A stretch of 24,000 bases of DNA from Macrococcus epidermidis (GTDB lineage Bacteria > Bacillota > Bacilli > Staphylococcales > Staphylococcaceae): NCBI RefSeq assembly GCF_042659445.1, contig NZ_JBHSSR010000013.1. One strand, 5' to 3'. Position 1 is the first letter of the stretch. Each line of letters opens with the position of its first letter. The position numbers and the translations under genes were made by a program. The notes under the pieces were generated by a model. That model was not told where the DNA came from, did no database searches, and saw nothing but the letters and a program-made list of their open reading frames with translations. Positions 16,372 to 23,643 of this stretch are shown here, piece after piece.

Positions 16372-16400
16372 TTAGATTTATACTTCGAGAGTAATATAAT
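16372..16400 (+). promoter_or_regulatory. Candidate sigma-A promoter for the exported-protein gene pair
   Basis: TTAGAT (16372-16377), 17 nt, then TATAAT (16395-16400), 25 nt upstream of the ATG. The background is AT-rich, so specificity is low. Confidence 0.35.
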
Positions 16401-16424
16401 TTTCTTTGCTGAGGAGCACTCATA

Positions 16425-17036
16425 ATGAATAAAAAGCTTTTATCTGTATCAATTGCATCAGTTATTATCTCCACATCTCTATCTAACATCATTTTACAAG
16501 ATCACAAAATTGCACATGCTGATTCAACAACCCCCGAAAATACAACAGTAGATTTACAAAAGTATGATAAATACATTACAGTTTCTCAAGGAAAATATGT
16601 TGCCAATCTGCCTAGTGATACTCCTGCTGAAATAGTTAAAAGCATTAACAATTCATTAAAAACTACAAATGATAGTTTATCCGCTTCTGGCAATTTTATC
16701 GATCCAACAACAAAAGAAATAGTAAATGAAGCAAGCTTATTAGAAAGTTCTAAACGCCCTTCCCATCAAATTAAAAAATATTATTGGGGTGTAAAACACA
16801 TCTTTAGAACTAATGCAGCTGTAGATTATCAAGCTGGAAAATGGGAATCAGCATCTAGAAGAATTCTACTTATGTCTTTAGTACCAGGTGTTGCCGTTGT
16901 TGGAATACCTTCTGCTGGCTATGCAGATTTATTAGCTCATGATTTACGTAACTACAATAGTGCACATCAAAAAAGCAAAATATATATGAATGTCACAAAT
17001 TATTTCAAATATAGTTTCGGTATTTGGAAAGATTAA
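16425..17036 (+). CDS. Exported protein of unknown function (signal peptide, about 170-aa mature part)
   Basis: SD GAGGAG. Signal peptide MNKKLLSVSIASVIISTSLSNIILQDHKIAHA/DS. The C-terminal part carries a Gly/Ala/Val-rich hydrophobic stretch LLMSLVPGVAVVGIPSAGYADLL. I recognise no family. Confidence 0.75.
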   Translation: MNKKLLSVSIASVIISTSLSNIILQDHKIAHADSTTPENTTVDLQKYDKYITVSQGKYVANLPSDTPAEIVKSINNSLKTTNDSLSASGNFIDPTTKEIVNEASLLESSKRPSHQIKKYYWGVKHIFRTNAAVDYQAGKWESASRRILLMSLVPGVAVVGIPSAGYADLLAHDLRNYNSAHQKSKIYMNVTNYFKYSFGIWKD

Positions 17037-17040
17037 TGCG

Positions 17041-17229
17041 ATGAATAAATATTCTAAAGCTTCTAAGATAATCAATATATTATTTGTGCTTATAATTGTG
17101 TTGCAGATATATAAAATTATTGATTTGGGTTCAACCGGTATAAAGGTAGTTCTTTTATTAACGATATGTAACTCTCTTTTCATGTTGTTTTTAAAAAAAA
17201 ATGTATCTAAACAGCACAATAATTTTTAA
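17041..17229 (+). CDS. 62-aa two-TM membrane mini-protein
   Basis: I trimmed ORF-track 16990-17229 to ATG 17041, 4 nt after the upstream stop: MNKYSKASKIINILFVLIIVLQIYKIIDLGSTGIKVVLLLTICNSLFMLFLKKNVSKQHNNF. It has two hydrophobic helices and a weak SD GGAAAG. It is followed by a strong terminator. Confidence 0.55.
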   Translation: MNKYSKASKIINILFVLIIVLQIYKIIDLGSTGIKVVLLLTICNSLFMLFLKKNVSKQHNNF

Positions 17230-17240
17230 AAATTTAAATG

Positions 17241-17285
17241 TATAGAATCTGTTGGTTATATTAGCAACAGATTCTATATTTAATT
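17241..17285 (+). terminator. Rho-independent terminator
   Basis: Perfect 14-bp stem TATAGAATCTGTTG (17241-17254) / CAACAGATTCTATA (17265-17278), followed by a T-rich tail. Confidence 0.8.
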
Positions 17286-17325
17286 CATTTAGTACCCATT
17301 ATAATCAATAATTTTCGGAGGATTC

Positions 17326-18498
17326 ATGAAAAAAACATCTGCATTTTTACTAGCTACATCCTTATATTTGTTAGTAGAAACAAATATAAGTTATGCTAAT
17401 ACTGGTACTTTGAGTAACTTTGTTATCAATGATGAAATAAAGAAATCTGAAACTAGAATTTCTCTAAAATCTCATAAACCGATTGACTTGGCTCAACCAG
17501 GTATTTTATCAAAAGATAGTTTAACTTATAAACAACTAAATTCGAAGACTACTTCTCCTGCCTATTTAGAAAGATCCGTCATTGGGCCTATCGATGATAG
17601 AAAAATAGTTAAAAATTTATCTGTTGACCCTTACAATCACATAACAAAAGTAGTATGTTCTTATACCGATAAATCTATCCAAGAGGGCACTGGTGTAATA
17701 ATAAGCAGTGATTCAGTTCTTACCGCTGCACACCTTTTGTATGACATATCATCAGAAAAATTTGCAACAAAATGTGAAGTTGTAGTAGGCCTCACATCAA
17801 ACACTACTTATAGTAAAGGGATGGGTTTAAGCAATAAATTTTTGATTCCAAAAAAGTGGATTAGTCCAAAGGTAAATAATGATAGTGATATAGGAATGAT
17901 TAAATTAGATACAAAACTAGGTAATGTTACAGGTTGGATGGGTTTATCAACAATGTTGTTTAAAGGTGAAACACTTGAAACAGCTGGCTATCCAACTGAT
18001 TTGAATAAAAATACAATGTATAGTACTAAAGGAAAAATGATCGATTATACTGACCACATTTTTTATCACGATCTTGATACATATCATGGACAGAGTGGTT
18101 CTCCTATTTGGAATAGTGCAAAACTATTAGTGGGATTACACACTACGTCTACTAGTCCAGATCAGACTTCAAGCGTATTAAACCAAAAGTACAATAAAGG
18201 AATCAAATTTACAGAAGAAACCTATGACTATTTACTATATTGGATGAATGCATATCCAGGAAGAATATATGGGGATTCTAAAGTTCAAGTTACTATTAAT
18301 AAAGAGAACGAAAAAATTTGGAGTAACTTAGCACTTTCTCTACAAAAATCGTCCACTTCAGGAATGTTAGGAAAAGTATTTCAAGCAAAGTACTATTATA
18401 ACTTACCGGATGGTAATAAATATCTTTCATTGTATGATAAAAATGACATATTATATGGATACATTAACGAAAAATTTGTAAAAGTAGAAAATAAGTAG
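17326..18498 (+). CDS. Secreted S1B-family serine protease (V8/glutamyl-endopeptidase-like) with a C-terminal GW/SH3b-like domain
   Basis: Signal peptide MKKTSAFLLATSLYLLVETNISYA. Catalytic blocks VLTAAHLL (His), DSDIGMIKLD (Asp) and YHGQSGSPIWN (Ser). An extra ~85-aa tail (...KIWSNLALSLQKSSTSGMLGKVFQAKYYYNLPDGNKYLSLYDKNDILYGYINEKFVKV) resembles GW/SH3b wall-targeting modules. SD GGAGG 5 nt upstream. Confidence 0.88.
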   Translation: MKKTSAFLLATSLYLLVETNISYANTGTLSNFVINDEIKKSETRISLKSHKPIDLAQPGILSKDSLTYKQLNSKTTSPAYLERSVIGPIDDRKIVKNLSVDPYNHITKVVCSYTDKSIQEGTGVIISSDSVLTAAHLLYDISSEKFATKCEVVVGLTSNTTYSKGMGLSNKFLIPKKWISPKVNNDSDIGMIKLDTKLGNVTGWMGLSTMLFKGETLETAGYPTDLNKNTMYSTKGKMIDYTDHIFYHDLDTYHGQSGSPIWNSAKLLVGLHTTSTSPDQTSSVLNQKYNKGIKFTEETYDYLLYWMNAYPGRIYGDSKVQVTINKENEKIWSNLALSLQKSSTSGMLGKVFQAKYYYNLPDGNKYLSLYDKNDILYGYINEKFVKVENK

Positions 18499-18509
18499 GA
18501 GTATATCGA

Positions 18510-19040
18510 ATGAAAAAAATTAAATTTATTCTTGTTTCCATTTCATTATTACTTATTATGATATTGGGGACAGTTTCTGAGGCCAATGCAAACCAGTTAA
18601 ATATGGCAAATAAAGATTTAAAACTTCCGAACCTTACAAATTCAAAAACAGTTATTGCAATTAATAATCATACTTATAGTTATTATGGTGTTAATTTCCT
18701 CATGAGCAAATCGAACGTTATTAAAAAATGGGGTACTCCTAAATTAACTAAGACAGAAAAATATAAAAGAACTTCTTATATTTATGGTAAAAATAATAAT
18801 GTCACCCTTAATTATCAATACAATAACAGTCGCCTAAGTATGATAACTATTAAAAATAAAACAACAAAATATGAGTATTCTAAGATTTACCCACTGTATA
18901 ATAAGGATTTCAAAACAGTAACTAGAAATGGTAAAAAATATTTAGGAAATGGGTATGTGAATATTACTTTTGAGAAAATTAAAGGTAAATACTATGCTAC
19001 TGAATTTTTATATTTATCTTATACAAATGATTTAGAGTAA
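18510..19040 (+). CDS. Exported protein of unknown function, co-transcribed with the protease
   Basis: Signal peptide MKKIKFILVSISLLLIMILGTVSEANA/NQ. SD TAGGAG. It starts 11 nt after the protease stop. The G..F.MSKSNVIKKWGTP motif recalls small BLIP/SmpA-OmlA-like domains, a weak impression only. Confidence 0.75.
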   Translation: MKKIKFILVSISLLLIMILGTVSEANANQLNMANKDLKLPNLTNSKTVIAINNHTYSYYGVNFLMSKSNVIKKWGTPKLTKTEKYKRTSYIYGKNNNVTLNYQYNNSRLSMITIKNKTTKYEYSKIYPLYNKDFKTVTRNGKKYLGNGYVNITFEKIKGKYYATEFLYLSYTNDLE

Positions 19041-19080
19041 TTATTTGATTAATATATAAATTTACAAATAATAATTTATC

Positions 19081-19128
19081 AAAAAAGACCTAATATCTTA
19101 TTTTATGAATAAGATATTAGGTCTTTTT
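19081..19128. terminator. Bidirectional Rho-independent terminator
   Basis: 15-bp perfect stem GACCTAATATCTTAT (19087-19101) / ATAAGATATTAGGTC (19109-19123), with an A6 run before and a T5 run after. Confidence 0.8.
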
Positions 19129-19168
19129 AACTTTCATGCAAAAAATTCTCATTTTATAACACGCTTGT

Positions 19169-19251
19169 GCGTATCTCTAAAGGCTGCGATATTTTCTAGA
19201 AAATAACCGCATCATTTGTGATAACTTTCAGCGTATCGGTTAAGGAGGTGG
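19169..19251. repeat. Intergenic repeat, copy B
   Basis: Aligns to 5346-5428 in the same orientation (see copy A). The hairpin here is GCGATATTTTCTAGAAAATAACCGC, with a C-G to T-A compensatory change relative to copy A. Confidence 0.7.
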
Positions 19252-19264
19252 TTAATTTATTTAC

Positions 19265-19290
19265 CAAAAAAGACACATCATTTGATGTGC
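19265..19290 (-). terminator. Rho-independent terminator of guaC
   Basis: The minus strand reads GCACATC-AAAT-GATGTGT followed by CTTTTTTGG, about 55 nt after the guaC stop. Confidence 0.55.
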
Positions 19291-19348
19291 CTGCCTTTCT
19301 ACTCTTCACATTGAAATATAGAATTCGCTTTATTCTTTTTATAAAATC

Positions 19349-20335
19349 TTAATAATCTTTGTCACCGTTAAAAATGGAATTTCTAACAACCACATAATCA
19401 ACTGTACTGATTGCTTTTAAATCTTTACCACCAGCATATGAAATTGACGATTGTAAATCCTGCTCCATTTCCATCAATTTCTCTTTAAGTGACCCTTTAT
19501 GTTCAACAAATATTTTTTTCCCTTCCACATTCTTACGCTCACCTTTTTGAAACTCAGAAGCACTACCAAAATATTCCTTATATAATTTACCATCTTTTTC
19601 AATGGTTTCCCCTGGAGACTCTTCATGGGCAGCAAGTAATGAACCGATCATCACCATTGAAGCTCCAAAACGAATTGACTTAGCGATATCTCCATGAGTA
19701 CGAATACCACCATCTGCAATTAGAGGTTTACGTGCTGCTTTGGCACATAGTCGGAGCGCTGCTAATTGCCATCCGCCAGTGCCAAATCCAGTTTTGATTT
19801 TAGTAATACAAACTCGTCCTGGCCCTATGCCTACTTTTGTAGCATCGGCCCCTGCATTTTCTAATTCCCGAACTGCTTCAGGTGTACCCACATTTCCCGC
19901 TATTAAGAATGTGTTAGGAATATTCCCTTTAATATACTGAATCATATCAATAACTTGATCCGAATGGCCATGCGCAATATCAATTGTAATGTATTCCGGT
20001 GTCAGATTCTCTTTTACCAATGTTTCTATAAATTTATATTCATTTGGTTTCACACCTACTGAAATAGACGCATATAGTCCTTGAGATTGCATTTTTTTAA
20101 TAAATGGAATACGTGCTGCTTCATCAAATCGATGCATAATATAAAAATAATGATTTCTAGCAAATTTTTCTGCAAGCTCTTCATTCATTACTGTCTGCAT
20201 ATTTGCTGGTACTACTGGAATTCTAAATTTTAATGGTCCAAATTGAATTGATGTATCGCATTCAGATCGACTTTTCACAATACATTTATTAGGAACTAAT
20301 TGAATATCTTCATAATCAAAAACATCTTGCATCAT
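19349..20335 (-). CDS. guaC: GMP reductase
   Basis: 328 aa, very close to S. aureus GuaC from memory ([68 protein letters not shown]). The second ATG (20332) has the better SD spacing. Confidence 0.95.
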   Translation of the reverse strand: MMQDVFDYEDIQLVPNKCIVKSRSECDTSIQFGPLKFRIPVVPANMQTVMNEELAEKFARNHYFYIMHRFDEAARIPFIKKMQSQGLYASISVGVKPNEYKFIETLVKENLTPEYITIDIAHGHSDQVIDMIQYIKGNIPNTFLIAGNVGTPEAVRELENAGADATKVGIGPGRVCITKIKTGFGTGGWQLAALRLCAKAARKPLIADGGIRTHGDIAKSIRFGASMVMIGSLLAAHEESPGETIEKDGKLYKEYFGSASEFQKGERKNVEGKKIFVEHKGSLKEKLMEMEQDLQSSISYAGGKDLKAISTVDYVVVRNSIFNGDKDY

Positions 20336-20575
20336 AAAACCCTCTTATCTGTTGATTAATTAACAATAATCCAAGCTAATCTTAAATTATTTGTCCATCA
20401 GTCACAATACTACTTTTATTAATAAATGTAAAGAATATCATTATTAAATACATCCATTACAATGACGTCTAAATTTTTTTAATTAAGACATAAAAAATAC
20501 AAAAATAAAGAGTTGCTTTTTAATATTACTGATATATACTTAAATCGTAATAATTACTATTTAGGAGGCCCCATA

Positions 20576-21466
20576 ATGAAAAAATCTATTAGCAAATTAA
20601 CAATAAGCTCTGCTTTATTATTCTCTGCTGTTGCTCCCCTATTAACTAGTCAAGCGCAAGCAGAAGAAACAATGTCACAAACAACTGTTACAGTTACAAA
20701 TGAAAATGGTGAAAGTGTTTCCTCTGTTAAAGTTGAATTATTTAACAATGGTAAAAAAGTTGCGGAAAGTATGTCAGATGCGAACGGCAATGCAATTTTC
20801 ACAAATTTACCCGACAAAGTATATTTAGATGCGAAAGTAGAAGGCATCAATATCCCTAATAATAAAGTTCAAAAAGGGACTGATTCACGTGTTTATGTTG
20901 AAAGTAGTGAACTAGCTGCTAAAAAAACAAAAGGTGTTACTTTTAAAGCATATATCCTAAACGAAAAATATCAATTCGTAAAAGGTAAGAAAGTTAAGTT
21001 AGTAGATATTACTAACAAAAGAATAGATTATGCTACGAAAACTGTTGGAAATTCAGGAATTGTTACATTCAAAAATTTACCAGACGAACATAACTTTGCT
21101 GTGTTTATCGATGGTAAAAACCAAGGTTATACAATCCGTGGCATCGAAGGATCAGTATTTGAAAGAACATTCTTCGTTAAAGGAAAAGGTACAGGAAAAT
21201 ATAATATCCCTACAAAACCTGCTGTCGTAAAAGTAATAGACGAGAACGGACAACCTTTAAAGAAACAAAAAGTTGAACTTTACCGTGGTAAAAATAAAGT
21301 TAGACAATCATTTACAAAAAATGATGGAACTGCATCATTCATCAATAAAATAACAGTAGGAACATACTATGATGTGTATGTAAATAACAAAAAAATAAAT
21401 AATAAGTTTGCTGCTTCTGGTGAAAATGAAATAGTATACTTACTATCTCGCGAAATCCGTAAGTAG
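20576..21466 (+). CDS. Exported protein with three tandem carboxypeptidase-regulatory-like (prealbumin/Cna-B-like) repeats
   Basis: I trimmed the ORF-track start to ATG 20576 (SD GGAGG 6 nt upstream). Signal peptide MKKSISKLTISSALLFSAVAPLLTSQAQA/EE. There are three ~85-aa repeats with the pattern v.V.deNG.p....kVeL......v...T..nG.a.F.nlp: TVTVTNENGESV...NGNAIFTNLP; VTFKAYILNEKY...NSGIVTFKNLP; AVVKVIDENGQPL...DGTASFINKI. No LPXTG motif. Confidence 0.8.
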   Translation: MKKSISKLTISSALLFSAVAPLLTSQAQAEETMSQTTVTVTNENGESVSSVKVELFNNGKKVAESMSDANGNAIFTNLPDKVYLDAKVEGINIPNNKVQKGTDSRVYVESSELAAKKTKGVTFKAYILNEKYQFVKGKKVKLVDITNKRIDYATKTVGNSGIVTFKNLPDEHNFAVFIDGKNQGYTIRGIEGSVFERTFFVKGKGTGKYNIPTKPAVVKVIDENGQPLKKQKVELYRGKNKVRQSFTKNDGTASFINKITVGTYYDVYVNNKKINNKFAASGENEIVYLLSREIRK

Positions 21467-21504
21467 TAAAATATACTATATTATATAAATACGTATTATA
21501 AAAT

Positions 21505-21554
21505 ACCGTGTAAAATGTTATTTTTTGATTTTGACATTTTGTACGGTGTTTTTT
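21505..21554 (+). terminator. Rho-independent terminator
   Basis: 14-bp stem ACCGTGTAAAATGT / ACATTTTGTACGGT (two G-U pairs) followed by GTTTTTTAT. Confidence 0.75.
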
Positions 21555-21630
21555 ATATGAAAATAATTTAAGATGAATATTCCTTATGAATAAATAATTA
21601 TGATGAATATTATGATAAAAGGAGAAAATA

Positions 21631-22803
21631 ATGAGAAGATTAACAATAGTTGATAGTTTAAGGGGGTTTAGTTTACTTGGTATATTATTTGCCAACCTTT
21701 TAATATTTCAGTTTGGAATAACTGGAGCAAAATATCCAGACTTTTATGGATTAAATACAATCGATAAAATACTTTTATATACAGATTATGTACTCATACA
21801 CGACAGTGCAATGCCAATATTTTTACTACTATTCGGCTTCGGTGTCGTTAAAATGAGCGAAAGTTTAATGAGACAAAACAAATCAGTAAATCTAGTATTA
21901 ATAAGACGCGGTATTATGTTATTTGTTATCGGGATACTGCATGCAATCTTTTTGTTCAACGGTGATATATTATCATTATACGGATGTATGTTATTATGTT
22001 TCTTTTGGCTAGTGAAAAGACATATTAAAGTAATGTATGCCATGATTGGATTGTGTATACTAATTATTCTTTGCATGGGGCTTTTCTCATATAATGATAA
22101 ATCCGAAAACACACAATTGACAACACACAATCAGCTTAGTTTGAAGCAAGAGCAGTTTCTTTCTAAAGAAATGAAAGTTTATAAATACGGAAATACTTAT
22201 GAGAGAAGAAAATTCTTCCAGACAGAAGATTACCCATTTACTTCAGAGGAAACAGAGTTATCCACAATATCAGCATTTATATCTATCTTTTATGTTCCTA
22301 TCTTCTTTATTATGGGAATGATTTTTGCTAAAAATAATTTCTTTAGTGCGAATAATACAAAATTCATAAAAATTATGATTATACTTATGCCAATATTTCT
22401 ATTATTTAAAAGTATCATGTTATTTTATCCACAAAATAGCTGGACAACTGATTTGGGGACTCTTTCTACTTACGCTGTTAGTTTAAGTTATATCGCTTTA
22501 TTTATGTTTGTATACTATAGATATCAAGATGCAAAAATTTTTAATTACTTTGAGTCTGTAGGCAAGTTATCGCTTACAAATTATATTTCACAATCCATTT
22601 TTCATGCATGGATATATTATGGATTTGGATTACACCGTTTCGGAGATAATAGCTTTACATTATCACTTCTAATCGCGTTAATATTTTATATTTTACAAAT
22701 GGTGGCTAGTCATAGATATATGCAACACTTCAAATATGGCCCACTAGAGTATCTTGTCCGTATGGTATCGTATTGGTCTTTGCATCCAAAAAAAGCAGTC
22801 TAG
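21631..22803 (+). CDS. DUF418/YeiB-family polytopic membrane protein
   Basis: 390 aa. N-terminal IVDSLRGFSLLGILFANL and C-terminal GKLSLTNYISQSI ... FKYGPLEYLVR blocks are typical of YeiB/DUF418. SD AAAGGAGAA. Confidence 0.8.
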   Translation: MRRLTIVDSLRGFSLLGILFANLLIFQFGITGAKYPDFYGLNTIDKILLYTDYVLIHDSAMPIFLLLFGFGVVKMSESLMRQNKSVNLVLIRRGIMLFVIGILHAIFLFNGDILSLYGCMLLCFFWLVKRHIKVMYAMIGLCILIILCMGLFSYNDKSENTQLTTHNQLSLKQEQFLSKEMKVYKYGNTYERRKFFQTEDYPFTSEETELSTISAFISIFYVPIFFIMGMIFAKNNFFSANNTKFIKIMIILMPIFLLFKSIMLFYPQNSWTTDLGTLSTYAVSLSYIALFMFVYYRYQDAKIFNYFESVGKLSLTNYISQSIFHAWIYYGFGLHRFGDNSFTLSLLIALIFYILQMVASHRYMQHFKYGPLEYLVRMVSYWSLHPKKAV

Positions 22804-22933
22804 TATAGGACAAAAATCTGATATATTAGATGCCGCAAAATTTAATAACTACTAAGCGGATTTAATTCAAAAAAAACCGATAGTAGGACTATGATTATAC
22901 TCAGTTAGAATTACTAGCTATACTTCCTCATAT

Positions 22934-22980
22934 AAAAAAGCACTCCTATCCAATCATTAAAAATTCATTGGGCAGGAGTG
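22934..22980 (-). terminator. Rho-independent terminator of msrA (possibly bidirectional)
   Basis: The minus strand reads CACTCCTGCCCAAT...ATTGGATAGGAGTG followed by CTTTTTT, immediately after the msrA stop. Confidence 0.65.
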
Positions 22981-22984
22981 TATT

Positions 22985-23500
22985 TTAATTCCAATGTTTA
23001 TCTAAAAAATCTGAACGACCTGAAACTTGATGATTTTCTTGGTATCGTTGAGGATTTTTTTTGTAGAAATCTTGATGATATTCCTCAGCAGGGAAAAAAT
23101 TTTTATAAGGAATCACTGGTGTAATTATTGGCGCATTAAATATTTTTTTCTCATCTAATTCTTCTATAACTGTTAAGGCTATTTCTTTCTGTTCGTTCGA
23201 ATGATAGAAAATGGCAGGCTTGTAACTTTCTCCACGATCACCAAACTGACCCATTGCATCTGTTGGATCAAAGGTTTTAAAGAAGATTTCAACAATTTCT
23301 CTATAAGAGATCACCGATTCATCATAAGTTATTTGAACAGCCTCTCTATGACCTGTTGTATTCGAGCATACTTCTTCGTAAGTTGGATGTTCTTTGTGTC
23401 CTCCACTATATCCAGAAATGACTTTTTTAACACCATCAAATCTATCAAATGGTTTCACCATACACCAAAAACACCCACCGGCAAACGTTGCTATTGTCAT
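22985..23500 (-). CDS. msrA: Peptide-methionine (S)-S-oxide reductase
   Basis: 171 aa with active-site [19 protein letters not shown] and [10 protein letters not shown] blocks. SD GAGGAGA. Confidence 0.95.
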   Translation of the reverse strand: MTIATFAGGCFWCMVKPFDRFDGVKKVISGYSGGHKEHPTYEEVCSNTTGHREAVQITYDESVISYREIVEIFFKTFDPTDAMGQFGDRGESYKPAIFYHSNEQKEIALTVIEELDEKKIFNAPIITPVIPYKNFFPAEEYHQDFYKKNPQRYQENHQVSGRSDFLDKHWN

Positions 23501-23643
23501 GATTGTTTCTCCTCATATTATTTTTTTAAATATAACAATTGCTATATTCATAATTCCAATTTTAACACTTTATCTTGCTAAATCACCTTTTTATAAGTTT
23601 ATCGAAAATTTTTTGTGAGTCAACCTATTAAAAATTAAATTGA

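Noticed and set aside
16944-17229. ORF 16944-17219 (-) and the long form 16990-17229 (+)
   Set aside because: The minus ORF is antisense to two better-supported genes. The long plus form overlaps the end of the 203-aa gene, and ATG 17041 just after the stop codon is the more plausible start.
19241-19251. Strong SD-like AAGGAGGTGG at the right end of repeat copy B
   Set aside because: No ATG/GTG/TTG start follows at usable spacing, and the following frame runs into the guaC terminator. The equivalent position in copy A (TAAGAGTGCGA) is not SD-like.
19489-19940. Plus-strand ORFs 19489-19683 and 19740-19940
   Set aside because: They are antisense to the highly conserved guaC.
20513-22130. N-terminal extension 20513-20575, ORFs 20650-20850 (-), 21030-21230 (+), 21342-21695 (-) and 21786-22130 (-)
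   Set aside because: The extension precedes the SD-supported ATG 20576. The others are shadow frames of the repeat protein or the DUF418 gene, and 21342-21695 also runs across a strong terminator.
23201-23618. Plus-strand ORFs 23201-23581 and 23394-23618
   Set aside because: They are antisense to msrA and its promoter region, with no SD.
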